A DNA stretch of 64,000 nucleotides, from positions 62,001 through 126,000 of IMG/VR virus record IMGVR_UViG_3300028553_000005, one strand, 5' to 3'. Below are positions 49,602 to 59,277 of the stretch, piece after piece. A model generated the notes under the pieces. That model saw nothing but the letters and a program-made list of their open reading frames with translations, was not told the origin of the DNA and searched no databases. Position numbers and translations under genes: made by a program. The stretch is from an uncultured virus (IMG/VR IMGVR_UViG_3300028553_000005). Its lineage: Duplodnaviria; Heunggongvirae; Uroviricota; Caudoviricetes. Each line of letters opens with the position of its first letter. Position 1 is the first letter of the stretch.

Positions 49602-51682
49602 TAAAAGTTTGTTCTAGGTATAACATTGACGGTGATAGCGTTTGCATCATATTCATCAATTGTAATAATTCTATTGTAAGATGAAGATATTGTTGAAACT
49701 GTTGGTGTTGCTGTGACTGTCAATAAACCAAATTCATTGTTTACACTAACGGGACTAAAAGCATCCAGAGTGATGACACCATTATCATATTCAATATTTC
49801 CAATGTTATCACTTAAAACAGTTTTAGCGTTGTTATTGTTGTTATAATATGTTCTTAGTGTACCATATTTGCCTTCCAAATTAACAACTAATGCCGCTAA
49901 TTGGCCCGTAGTATCGCCTGGTTGAGGAGTTACTGCTGCAATTGCACTTGTGTAATTGTTACCGGTATTTGTAATTACAACATTCTTAATACTTCCACTA
50001 GCTAACACAGCGGTTGCTGTTGCACCAGATCCATCACCTAGAATATCAATTTTTGGTGCATACTGATAACCATAACCAGGATTAATAACAGAAATCGATT
50101 CGACACCATATGTGGCCACAGGAACTTCATCAATGTACACATTATTGATTGTTCTTTGTGGATTTGCTGGGTCAATATATTGTAACGTTGGTGAACTGCT
50201 TGTACCGGATTGAAACAAACCTCTTTGTAAAGGAACATTATAATATAATTTATATGTTGTTGGTGTTGAAAGGCTTGGATAAAATTTCTTTTGTAGTTTT
50301 ATTTTATAATCACTGGTAATTACTGCATTATTAAAAGATTGAATGGTTGTCAATAATTCATAACTACTAAAAGTTGAGTTAAATGTGTTAAGTGTCCTTC
50401 TACCAAATGCCGCTATGGCATTTCTTACACCATTTTGCATCTCTGAAGCAGACAATGATGTTTTTGTTGGATCATAATAAACATTGACATCCAATTTGAT
50501 GTATGTGTAATCAGGATCAACAATTGTAGGCGTAACAGTCAACACACTAATAGGTTTAATAACATCGTCTGCAATCTTTTGTTTTTGAACTTGAGTTAAA
50601 CTGTAACCACCTGTTGGTTTCAAAGAAATAAACACTTGGCCGTAAACTGGTGGATCGTTTTCTTCTCCGCCCCAAACATTGACCGCATCAAAAGAAAAAC
50701 CTAAACTATTTTGTTGAATTGCTGAAATATAATCATTCTTAGAAACCGCTCTGTTTTGTGCAGAATACGATTTAACAGATTGATATTTGATTGATTCTAT
50801 AGTTTCTTTAGATGATCCTTGAGAAGCTTTTACTCTCGGTTGAATTGAAACTGATGTGTAACCAAGAACACGATCCATTAATAAGAAGTTGTTTGCACCT
50901 GTGGCTCTGTTACCATCTGTAGCAATATAAGATACTGTAACAATGTTACCATCACTCAGCTCTTTTCCTAAAATGTCATCACCAAAAGAAATTTCATAGT
51001 TTCCATTGTTTAACTCTTGTAAAAAATAAACTTTAGATTCTTTATCGAGTGTCAAATAATTTTCAGCTGATTGATAAACATCATAAGAAGTATTACCACT
51101 ACTCTGTTGAACCATAACTTTTAATGTTGTAGTGTCAATCAAAGTGTTTGTTAATTCAAATTTTTTCTTTGGATTGGTAGTTCTGTTGACTGTATATCGG
51201 TGTGTAATAGGCGTACCTTGTTTCAATTCAACATTTGTAAAAGACGCAGTGTTGCTTGATACCGCCACAGTAGATGCATCGGTCGTTACAAAATTATAGT
51301 TTACACCATTAATTGCCTCAGACAAAAAGTTGGTAAATTTTGGTAAAGTAAAAGAACTATTTGCAACACCATTAAAATTTATATTAACAAATGCTGCGGG
51401 TGCTACGGAAGACCTTGGCACATAGTTTAACAGTTTGGCGTGAGAAACAACGGAACCTCTCTGTAGTGCACTATCCAAGAACATTTCATTGGCCACCATA
51501 TTCAAATAGAATGAATTGTAGTGTGTATTATAGGCTAATATGTCCAACAAGACGGACATTGTTGAACCCTCAAAATTATAGTCTTTGAGTGTATCTTGTG
51601 ATTGAAGAAACTGTATAAAGTTTCTTTTAATATTACTGAAATCTAAATCAGCAATTTGTATATTAGAATTGGCTGTTGCCAT
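49601..51682 (-). CDS. gp6: T4 gp6-like baseplate wedge subunit
   Basis: LDFSNIK, DYNFEGS.MSVLLDILAYNTHY, SAQNRAVS..DY, WGGEENDPPVYG. Confidence 0.93.
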   Translation of the reverse strand: MATANSNIQIADLDFSNIKRNFIQFLQSQDTLKDYNFEGSTMSVLLDILAYNTHYNSFYLNMVANEMFLDSALQRGSVVSHAKLLNYVPRSSVAPAAFVNINFNGVANSSFTLPKFTNFLSEAINGVNYNFVTTDASTVAVSSNTASFTNVELKQGTPITHRYTVNRTTNPKKKFELTNTLIDTTTLKVMVQQSSGNTSYDVYQSAENYLTLDKESKVYFLQELNNGNYEISFGDDILGKELSDGNIVTVSYIATDGNRATGANNFLLMDRVLGYTSVSIQPRVKASQGSSKETIESIKYQSVKSYSAQNRAVSKNDYISAIQQNSLGFSFDAVNVWGGEENDPPVYGQVFISLKPTGGYSLTQVQKQKIADDVIKPISVLTVTPTIVDPDYTYIKLDVNVYYDPTKTSLSASEMQNGVRNAIAAFGRRTLNTFNSTFSSYELLTTIQSFNNAVITSDYKIKLQKKFYPSLSTPTTYKLYYNVPLQRGLFQSGTSSSPTLQYIDPANPQRTINNVYIDEVPVATYGVESISVINPGYGYQYAPKIDILGDGSGATATAVLASGSIKNVVITNTGNNYTSAIAAVTPQPGDTTGQLAALVVNLEGKYGTLRTYYNNNNNAKTVLSDNIGNIEYDNGVITLDAFSPVSVNNEFGLLTVTATPTVSTISSSYNRIITIDEYDANAITVNVIPRTNF

Positions 51683-52074
51683 TATCTTGACCTTTCAAGA
51701 AGTAGATTAACTGCAGTCGGCAAAGTATTGTTTCCTATAAGAAAAGTTAAAGTAACTTTAAAAGCATTTCTATCCGGTGAAGGATCCACAACAATGTCTT
51801 GTATAGTAACCCTCGGTTCAAAATTATTAATCACGTTTCTAATTTCTGCTTTGATTAATCCAGCAGTTAAAACTGTGATTGGTTCAAATAATAATGTATC
51901 GATGTTTGAACCTAAAGTAGGTTGAAACAATCTTTCATAAAAATTAGTCAATAACAAATTTCTAACCGAACGAATGACTGCTTGCTCATCAAAACTTAAA
52001 GCTACGTCATTGGACACGGGTAGCCTTCTGAAAGTCAGATCCAAGTCAGAATATAGTTTTTTAATTGTTGCCAT
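51682..52074 (-). CDS. gp25: T4 gp25-like baseplate wedge subunit
   Basis: YSDLDL.F, SVRNLLLTNFYERLFQPTLGS, NFEPRV. Confidence 0.92.
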   Translation of the reverse strand: MATIKKLYSDLDLTFRRLPVSNDVALSFDEQAVIRSVRNLLLTNFYERLFQPTLGSNIDTLLFEPITVLTAGLIKAEIRNVINNFEPRVTIQDIVVDPSPDRNAFKVTLTFLIGNNTLPTAVNLLLERSR

Positions 52075-52078
52075 TTAA

Positions 52079-52086
52079 TATTTATG
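52079..52086 (-). promoter_or_regulatory. Late promoter variant CATAAATA 4 nt before gp25 ATG
   Basis: CATAAATA-ttaa-ATG. Confidence 0.5.
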
Positions 52087-52089
52087 TCG

Positions 52090-52968
52090 TTAAAATTGAT
52101 TAAAATATTCAAAATATGAAGGTGGAGGAACAACTACAGGAGGTTCTGTGACAGGTATTACAACATTATTATTTGCAATATCGGTTTTAATCGTTTCTGT
52201 GCCTATGTAATTGTCAATTAAATATGACTGAGTTGAGCCTATATTGTTTAAATTGTCTATTTTAAAGTAATCATTTAAAAGGCTTACTGAGTTTCCATAA
52301 AAAGTCCAATCATGTGACCATCTGGTATAAAGAAAACCATTTAAATTATCAACCACATTTTTAATAGATGTGATTGCCGAAGATGATAAGTTTGTGGTGT
52401 TGCTGCTTACAGAATTAATATAAATCTGGCAATTACTGCCTAACGATACATTATTTGCATTTAGTTCTGGTTCTATAAAAATACTTGTAAATGATCCCAT
52501 AGCAGGTAAACTATTGGCCATACCATCAGTTTTATTTAATATTGTTAATAACATTTGACCGGTGTCTATGGCTGTTGAATAACAAGGAATAGTATTAGAA
52601 GCAGTTGTTTCAGCAACACCAGAAACGTTATCTGTATGAGATTTAAATCTATCAATTTGAATCATACAATTAAATGAAGAATTTAATAAAGCTAAAGAAT
52701 CACTATCAATTACAGATAATGTTGATATGGATGTTATTAAATTTGAAAGATTGGCACCAAAATTATCACAAACATTGGCGACAGGATTAATAAAATATTT
52801 TGTTGTGATTACATTGTTATTCGCCAAATCATTAAGTTGCCAATCTGATAACTCAATATCTGTTGCTGCGTCTGAAATAGTATTTACAGATTCTTCAGAC
52901 AAAGTTGTGCCGGCACCAAATTTGGTTTGATCAAAATTAAATTGTAATCTATCAAATAGTGATGTCAT
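52090..52968 (-). CDS. Hypothetical helical protein
   Basis: 292-aa ORF in the baseplate operon; no motif recognised. Confidence 0.6.
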   Translation of the reverse strand: MTSLFDRLQFNFDQTKFGAGTTLSEESVNTISDAATDIELSDWQLNDLANNNVITTKYFINPVANVCDNFGANLSNLITSISTLSVIDSDSLALLNSSFNCMIQIDRFKSHTDNVSGVAETTASNTIPCYSTAIDTGQMLLTILNKTDGMANSLPAMGSFTSIFIEPELNANNVSLGSNCQIYINSVSSNTTNLSSSAITSIKNVVDNLNGFLYTRWSHDWTFYGNSVSLLNDYFKIDNLNNIGSTQSYLIDNYIGTETIKTDIANNNVVIPVTEPPVVVPPPSYFEYFNQF

Positions 52969-52971
52969 TTA

Positions 52972-53784
52972 TTATGGCATTCTTTGATTAGGTGGAGAAG
53001 TTGCGCCTTTTGGTGCACTGTGGTTATGGCCATTGAATTTTGCTCGAGTTGTTTGCATTGATCCTTGAGAATCTTTTACTACACCACCTTGAACAGTATT
53101 TGTTCCTGTTACCATTGGTGATAATACTGAATCGTTGGCAACAACTTTACCTGCAGGATTTTCATAGCCAGGTACTGTGAATCCAACATTCACACCGCCA
53201 ATTGAATCTATTCCGCCTTGTGAGAATACTTTGTAACCACAAGTCAAGTTTGTTGTTGCATTAACAGAACCACCACTGGTTATACTACCTGATACAGCCA
53301 AATCTCCTTTGATTGTCAGAGCATTTTCACAAGAGAATGTTATATCTCCATTTTCACCCCCAGCGTCTATATTAATTTCTTTTGCAGCAACTATATCAAT
53401 GTTACCATCCGAATTAATTTTAACATCACCAGCAACCTGTGAATATAATTTACCATCAATTTGTGAATAACAATCACCAACAACATGAAGTTTAGAATCA
53501 CCATAAATTTCTATGTTACAAGTACCTTTGACAACAATATTTCTGTCCCTCATATAAACAGAGAAACCATCTCCCAAAACAATGTGTTCTGTGGAACCGT
53601 CAGGTAACATTTCATAAAATGTTCCTGTTCTATGTTGAGTTCGAATTCTCTCGTTCTCTGGTGTATCGTCCATCATTTGTATGTGACCAGATTCCGTTTG
53701 TGTCATATTCACATACGGATATTTTCCTGGTCTTACATCATGCTGTGTATACCAAATACTAGTGTTATTCGCTTGTTCTGCCAT
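52972..53784 (-). CDS. gp5 C-terminal part: central spike beta-helix with HxH apex
   Basis: YPYV..TQTESGHIQMMDDTPENERI...HRTGTFYE; VxG repeats; ends FNGHNH. Confidence 0.85.
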   Translation of the reverse strand: MAEQANNTSIWYTQHDVRPGKYPYVNMTQTESGHIQMMDDTPENERIRTQHRTGTFYEMLPDGSTEHIVLGDGFSVYMRDRNIVVKGTCNIEIYGDSKLHVVGDCYSQIDGKLYSQVAGDVKINSDGNIDIVAAKEINIDAGGENGDITFSCENALTIKGDLAVSGSITSGGSVNATTNLTCGYKVFSQGGIDSIGGVNVGFTVPGYENPAGKVVANDSVLSPMVTGTNTVQGGVVKDSQGSMQTTRAKFNGHNHSAPKGATSPPNQRMP

Positions 53785-53792
53785 GACTTACC

Positions 53793-54536
53793 TTATAGTA
53801 TTTTTTTAGCTTTTTTCTTACTCGTTGGTCCCGAGCCAGAAAATGTAGAGGCTAATAAAGCAACACTTGTTCCTAATAATAAAGCACTACTAGCTACTGA
53901 AGCAGCACTAGTTAATGTTTGTTTTGTTTGTTTCAATAAACCACCAAGTTCAGAACCAGAACTTTTGTTTGAACCACTACCACCAATTTTACTAACAGAA
54001 GCTGAAGCGGCTGCTTTGCCTGCTGAAATCAGTTTAGCTAATATTTTGGCCATCAAAAGAACAATAGTAACAGGTAACGCTTTAATAAAAGCTATGATTT
54101 GATTAATTTTCATGGCAACTGTTGCCAACATTTTAAAGAAGTTATCAATCGTTTTTAACAGTTTATTTATTAGTTTTAATTTGGCTCGAACCCATTTAAT
54201 TGCTTCACTTAATTGTGTGTTGATGGCACCGCTTTTTGATTCATTTAACTGTTTACTTTCGGTGCTGTCCCTTTTAGTTCGAACTGTGTTTCTTACCGCT
54301 GTGTGTTGAGTTCTTACATATTGTGGTAATGTAACTTTAGGATCATCAATAGACATCGTATGATAGTTTGTAAAAGAAACTACTGTGCCGTTTCTATGAC
54401 CTCTGGACAATTCCGGTGTTGTCGGCCGACCAGGAACATCCAAACGATCACCAACCCATAAAGGCTTTGGTGGATTAGTTTCCACAACACTATTGTATTT
54501 ACTCTCATCATATTCAATTTCTGCTAATACTGGCAT
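53793..54536 (-). CDS. Hypothetical basic helical protein between the two gp5 parts
   Basis: 247-aa ORF with AAGGAG ribosome-binding site; amphipathic/hydrophobic helices. Confidence 0.55.
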   Translation of the reverse strand: MPVLAEIEYDESKYNSVVETNPPKPLWVGDRLDVPGRPTTPELSRGHRNGTVVSFTNYHTMSIDDPKVTLPQYVRTQHTAVRNTVRTKRDSTESKQLNESKSGAINTQLSEAIKWVRAKLKLINKLLKTIDNFFKMLATVAMKINQIIAFIKALPVTIVLLMAKILAKLISAGKAAASASVSKIGGSGSNKSSGSELGGLLKQTKQTLTSAASVASSALLLGTSVALLASTFSGSGPTSKKKAKKIL

Positions 54537-54547
54537 TTTATCTCCTT

Positions 54548-55006
54548 TTATTCTTCTGGTTCTTCAGGTGTATCTGTTGGCTCTGCATTATAAGAATCTG
54601 TAACTTCATTTGGATCTGAACCTTCTAATTCTTCTGGATCACTATATTGGTCTTTTTCTGTATCAGTCATATCTGGATCTTCTGACTGTTCAAACTTGTA
54701 ACTATCTGGATCTTGCCAAGTTCCAGGCATAACACCTAACATACAAGGAAATTGGCCACTTTCTCCGTCCATAAAGAATCCTAATATCCAATCGCCTAAC
54801 ATTGGTGCCGAAAAATGTTTTGAGTGATTGATTGGATATACAGCTTGAGCCCAAGGCAATTCTTTTGTTGGTATTTCTTTACCATACCAACCAAATATTC
54901 TAACTTGACAACGACCCAAACCCAATGGATCTACTCGGTTTTCTACTGCACCAACCCACCAAACAAAACCATTTAATCCAGCAAAGTTATTAACCGCTTT
55001 TGTCAT
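54548..55006 (-). CDS. gp5 N-terminal OB-fold domain as a stand-alone protein
   Basis: WWVGAVENRVDPLGLGRCQVRIFG, LPWA, GFFMDGESGQFP; start moved to ATG at 55006 (GAGGA upstream); acidic tail. Confidence 0.85.
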   Translation of the reverse strand: MTKAVNNFAGLNGFVWWVGAVENRVDPLGLGRCQVRIFGWYGKEIPTKELPWAQAVYPINHSKHFSAPMLGDWILGFFMDGESGQFPCMLGVMPGTWQDPDSYKFEQSEDPDMTDTEKDQYSDPEELEGSDPNEVTDSYNAEPTDTPEEPEE

Positions 55007-55013
55007 TTCATCC

Positions 55014-56357
55014 TCATTCCAAAGTACCTGTAGCAGAAGCATACTTTGTAGGTACACTATCTTTTGCCAATTCTAATACAGTTTTATATTCATTCATTGT
55101 AATCATATGTCTTACTGCTGTAATTAAGTATTTGCCAGAATAATATGCATCAGGTGTTTTTGATTCTGGTGTCAAAGATAATAAAGAAAAATTCAAAGTT
55201 TGACCAACAGTCAATGCAGGATCTCCAGGCACAGATATTTTTATTCTGATATAGTTTGTTAATGATAGTTGTGCTGTTCTATATGGTATAAAAGTTTCAG
55301 CAAAAATATCAGCACCAACAGCTGGCGAATCTACTGTGCCACCTTCAACTTCTTCATCTTCAGGATCACGTCCTTCTTTTTCTATATATTCTACAATTTT
55401 TTGATTAAAATTAGAAAATGCTAATTTATATACAGCTTTTGAAGTATCTGTTAATTTGTCACCATATATGTTTGAATAATCATTTATAATTGGTGATCTA
55501 TTTAAAGATTTTGATTTTTTTTCATAAGCCATATAATCAAACTCTGTAGTTTTTAATCGTCTAGTTAAAACATCAATAGACAACAAATGATTTGCAAACA
55601 CACCAGAGTTTATACCATGTAATGTATCAAACGAATTTAATATTTCATATGTTGTAACGTTGTAAACATTACTGTGCATGTTCTTTTCATCAGTATTTTT
55701 TGGATTGTAACTATAATTATAATATGGTGGTTGAGTCATTAACTTTTGTAATGACTTAAAGTTGAATCCATGTTTGTTTTCAAAAAATACCATGTCAGCA
55801 CCAGGAACACCTGCAGATGGTCGAGCATAATTTGACATCCAATTGATTGCATCAAATGGTTTTAAAGTAGGCACAACAAAATCATACACACCATACGTTT
55901 CATCTATCTCCATTTTATCATCAGATATGCCTAATTCATAACTAAGTATATCATACACATTATCTGATATGGTAGATTGTGGATAAGATTTACATATTTT
56001 ATACTGTTCAGACATTAACATTTCTTCAGAACAAAAATACAAACAATATGACTCGGTGTACATATTGTTTTCTAATTTTCTCTTATCAACTTTATATACT
56101 CTAAATGTTTTATCAACCTCAGATTGGCCATTAACTTTAGCAAAAGTCATTTTTAAAAATTCAGTACCATTCATACTGAGTAATTCAATGTATCCCATAG
56201 AATCAGCAACCATTACATAACCTGATGCCGTGTTGTTGAATATATCTTCATGGTATGACAGTTCAACCATGATGTTTTTCAAATCCATATTTTGTACGGA
56301 ATTGACCAACAATAAATTGACTAGAGCATAGTCCTTAGGATATAGAATACCTGCCAT
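55014..56357 (-). CDS. Baseplate hub protein (gp27-like)
   Basis: Between gp53 and gp5; VPGDPALTVG, YSGKYLITAVRH. Confidence 0.75.
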   Translation of the reverse strand: MAGILYPKDYALVNLLLVNSVQNMDLKNIMVELSYHEDIFNNTASGYVMVADSMGYIELLSMNGTEFLKMTFAKVNGQSEVDKTFRVYKVDKRKLENNMYTESYCLYFCSEEMLMSEQYKICKSYPQSTISDNVYDILSYELGISDDKMEIDETYGVYDFVVPTLKPFDAINWMSNYARPSAGVPGADMVFFENKHGFNFKSLQKLMTQPPYYNYSYNPKNTDEKNMHSNVYNVTTYEILNSFDTLHGINSGVFANHLLSIDVLTRRLKTTEFDYMAYEKKSKSLNRSPIINDYSNIYGDKLTDTSKAVYKLAFSNFNQKIVEYIEKEGRDPEDEEVEGGTVDSPAVGADIFAETFIPYRTAQLSLTNYIRIKISVPGDPALTVGQTLNFSLLSLTPESKTPDAYYSGKYLITAVRHMITMNEYKTVLELAKDSVPTKYASATGTLE

Positions 56358-56360
56358 GGT

Positions 56361-56993
56361 TTACCGACTCATCAATTGTTTAAATTGGTTTTCTATTTGT
56401 GGTGCGTAGATGTTATTAATTAAATATATGTTTCTTTTTCTTTCATTCAATTCTACTTCATAATCATAGATACTCAAAGCTTTTATAGCAATACTTCTTT
56501 GTACAACTGCACCGTTTGGAAAGTTCTGTGTTATTGTTTCTGGTATAGTTGAATTGTATTCTGATTCATCAATAATCATAGTTCGTTGACTCTTACCACC
56601 CTCACTATTGTTCGTACCAAATATTTTTTGATGATACTTTACAGTTTGTTGTGCATATGATATAACACTTGATACATTGGCTGTGTTGGCTGCATCTGCA
56701 TACTTATCTTGAATGTATATTTTTAATTGTTGTGAGGTCAAAGGCCATTGCCATTGTGGATCTATTATCTGATTAGCATATAATACTAACCAATGTCTAT
56801 TAACATCACCATAATATTTGCTTGCAACAATTTCTGGTGTATCACCTTCTTGTATATCATATGAATAAAACAATAAAGGATTAGTCAACAAAGATGGAAT
56901 AATTGCTGTTCTTGCCATCAAGTTGGTTGCCAATACAGCATTGTTTTTATAATCTGTGGTGGCTATTTTAGGAAAGTTTTGAAAATATAACAT
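56361..56993 (-). CDS. gp53: T4 gp53-like baseplate wedge protein (LysM-like)
   Basis: YFQNFP, YDIQEGDTPEIVASKYYG, WLVLYAN.I.DP..QWP, YE.ELNE.KR.I. Confidence 0.9.
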   Translation of the reverse strand: MLYFQNFPKIATTDYKNNAVLATNLMARTAIIPSLLTNPLLFYSYDIQEGDTPEIVASKYYGDVNRHWLVLYANQIIDPQWQWPLTSQQLKIYIQDKYADAANTANVSSVISYAQQTVKYHQKIFGTNNSEGGKSQRTMIIDESEYNSTIPETITQNFPNGAVVQRSIAIKALSIYDYEVELNERKRNIYLINNIYAPQIENQFKQLMSR

Positions 56994-58201
56994 TATCTTA
57001 AACCTCCTTCAACACCATAATAACCTTTTTGTATTTTGCCTTTATCTAATATCTCTGTTTCTTTGAATGTCATTGTGAGTGTCGATTGAACTGGTGCACC
57101 ATCATCATACGAAGCCCAACCATTTGGTGCAAAATTAACATCGATGTCGGATAAAACACAACTACCATATTTTGGTAAAAATGGATTTTCTTTACCATCA
57201 ATCATGAATTCAACATTAAAGATTGAAGGTGGTACCAAATACATTGAGTCGGAAGAAACTTCTTTAGCAGATATTAATGTTGGTGCAAAATGATATTTGA
57301 ATAAATTTATAATATAGTTTACTTCATTTGCTTCACCTTGAGAGTTTGGTGTGAACACAAATGATAACTGAAAATTTCTTAAACCAATACCACGATAAAT
57401 CATTTGTAACTGTGGATTAATGGCATAACCTTGACCTTTTAACAACACATCTTCTAATGCTCCTCCATTTACACCAAAGCCTGCTTTATTAGCTAAAGCA
57501 GCGCCACCCCGTGTAATTAAAGATATGGCGGCTGGATCTGTGCCTGCTATATTACCGGCTTGTTTTAGTGCTGATCCAACACCACCAAGACCTCCGCCAC
57601 CAGATTTATACGATTCTACAATGGACTTTGCTGGCCCAGCCAACTGGTCAATTGTTCTGAGTGTGTTTATTCCCGAACCCAAATCTGTGAGTTTTAATTC
57701 ATCATACGAAGCATTGTATTGTGCATTGAGTGTATCTGGCATATACAATGAAACAAAAGCCTTTGGCTGAGTTCTTGTTGGTGATATTTTTAAACCTTTC
57801 GATATTGTGGCACCAAAATCACCTAAAAATCCACCCGAACCAGAATCTTCAGATAACTCAAACAATCCTGTGCTCGATTCTGTCCAGGAGCTTTCATCAC
57901 CAGACATAGAACCAGCTTCTTGAGCTATACCACCAAATCCAGGTAAACCAACAGAATCACCCTCAATTAAATTTTCATTAAGTGGTACTTGGCCACCACC
58001 ACTATAACTTGCAGGTATAATTTCTGATATCGAAAATTGAACGTAGTGGGATTTTGATGGACTGGTTGCTAAATCTGAAGGATATTTGTATGTTTTAACT
58101 CCAAGACCGCCGTATAATAAAGCTAGTGGACTATTTGGGTTAAATAGACCTGATGGTATCGATACACCAGCTACGGATGTTGGAATGGATAAGATAGCCA
58201 T
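56993..58201 (-). CDS. gp48: T4 gp48-like baseplate tail-tube cap
   Basis: YKYPSDL, SLYMPD, INPQLQMIYRG..LRNFQLSFVF.P, LTMTFKETEIL. Confidence 0.85.
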   Translation of the reverse strand: MAILSIPTSVAGVSIPSGLFNPNSPLALLYGGLGVKTYKYPSDLATSPSKSHYVQFSISEIIPASYSGGGQVPLNENLIEGDSVGLPGFGGIAQEAGSMSGDESSWTESSTGLFELSEDSGSGGFLGDFGATISKGLKISPTRTQPKAFVSLYMPDTLNAQYNASYDELKLTDLGSGINTLRTIDQLAGPAKSIVESYKSGGGGLGGVGSALKQAGNIAGTDPAAISLITRGGAALANKAGFGVNGGALEDVLLKGQGYAINPQLQMIYRGIGLRNFQLSFVFTPNSQGEANEVNYIINLFKYHFAPTLISAKEVSSDSMYLVPPSIFNVEFMIDGKENPFLPKYGSCVLSDIDVNFAPNGWASYDDGAPVQSTLTMTFKETEILDKGKIQKGYYGVEGGLR

Positions 58202-58219
58202 TGATTCCTCTAAAAAAGT

Positions 58220-58236
58220 TATACATAGTATTTATG
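58220..58236. promoter_or_regulatory. Adjacent oppositely oriented late promoters between gp48 and gp4
   Basis: TATACATA (+, 58220-58227) and CATAAATA (-, 58236-58229). Confidence 0.5.
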
Positions 58237-58671
58237 GCATATTCTGGACGATTTACACCTAAAAACCCTCAAAAGTATGTTGGGGATGCAAATAACATCA
58301 TTTACCGGTCCTCATGGGAATGTAAGGTAATGTCTTGGCTCGACAGAAACGATAACATTGTTTCTTGGGCTTCTGAAGAATTGATTATTCCTTATATATC
58401 TCCCGTAGACGGAAAAAGGCACCGATACTTTCCTGATTTTTTGGTTAAAATCAAAACGAGAGATGGTCTCTTAAAAACTATGATACTAGAAGTTAAACCT
58501 AAAAAACAAACTCAACGACCAGAACATAGAAAAAGAGTCACGAAACAGTATATCAACGAGGTGACCACTTGGGGGGTCAATCAAGCTAAATGGAAGGCGG
58601 CTACCGAGTTTTGTTTGGATCGTGGTTGGGAGTTCAAATTACTGACTGAAGATCATCTGGGAATCAACTAA
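58234..58671 (+). CDS. gp4: T4 gp4-like head completion protein (TnsA-like endonuclease fold)
   Basis: MAYSGRF.PKNPQKY.GD, YRSSWE, WASEE..IPY.SP.D...HRYFPDF, EVKPKKQT, NQAKW.AA; start taken at ATG 58234. Confidence 0.92.
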   Translation: MAYSGRFTPKNPQKYVGDANNIIYRSSWECKVMSWLDRNDNIVSWASEELIIPYISPVDGKRHRYFPDFLVKIKTRDGLLKTMILEVKPKKQTQRPEHRKRVTKQYINEVTTWGVNQAKWKAATEFCLDRGWEFKLLTEDHLGIN

Positions 58672-58674
58672 ATA
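58667..58674 (+). promoter_or_regulatory. Late promoter variant ACTAAATA 5 nt before gp2 ATG
   Basis: Overlaps gp4 stop. Confidence 0.5.
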
Positions 58675-58679
58675 ATCAA

Positions 58680-59273
58680 ATGGTATCTAAACTTACAACA
58701 CTAGCAAATCAAAAGTCATCTGCTGAAATTCAAACGATGTCGAAAGACTCTTTGAAATGGATGAAATCAAAGATTTCGGATTTAGTAAATCCAGCAAATG
58801 TTCGAGCAGCTATTAACCGTGAAGAATTTAGACAAAAGAATACCTTTGGTTTAGGTGGATTATATTGTTTTTATTATAATCCAATTGGTAAAAAAGATTT
58901 ACCTTATTATGATAAATTTCCTTTGGTATTGGTATTGGAGAAATATTCTGATGGTATTTTGGGACTTAACTTACATTATTTACCATTACAGTACAGACTG
59001 GCATTTTTAGGGAAACTCATGGATTTCGCTGTCCTTGACAGAAAAGATGATATTAAGAAGATGAGAGTCACCTATGAAATTCTTGGCGCCTCCAAGCGGT
59101 TTAAAGAGTTTCGGCCATGTCTTAAAAAGTATTTGTATGGTCAAATTCAGTCTAAATTACTTGCCATACAGCCAAATGAATGGGACATTGCGGCATATTT
59201 ACCTATTCATATGTTTGCCAAAGCACAGCCAGCCACAGTCTGGCAAGAATCATTAGATCAAATAAGGAAATAG
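58680..59273 (+). CDS. gp2: T4 gp2-like DNA end protector
   Basis: LPYYDKFPLV, GLNLHYLP, PCLKKYL, VWQES. Confidence 0.9.
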   Translation: MVSKLTTLANQKSSAEIQTMSKDSLKWMKSKISDLVNPANVRAAINREEFRQKNTFGLGGLYCFYYNPIGKKDLPYYDKFPLVLVLEKYSDGILGLNLHYLPLQYRLAFLGKLMDFAVLDRKDDIKKMRVTYEILGASKRFKEFRPCLKKYLYGQIQSKLLAIQPNEWDIAAYLPIHMFAKAQPATVWQESLDQIRK

Positions 59274-59277
59274 TTAA

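Noticed and set aside
656..54309. Numerous short plus-strand and nested ORFs in the ORF track
   Set aside because: Antisense or off-frame shadows of long, motif-bearing minus-strand genes; no recognisable motifs
55007..55057. Longer N-terminus for the gp5 OB-fold ORF as given in the track
   Set aside because: Overlaps the hub gene; ATG at 55006 has a GAGGA site and precedes the conserved sequence
58234..58671. TnsA transposase or homing endonuclease
   Set aside because: Motifs and position between gp48 and gp2 match head completion protein gp4; no element ends seen
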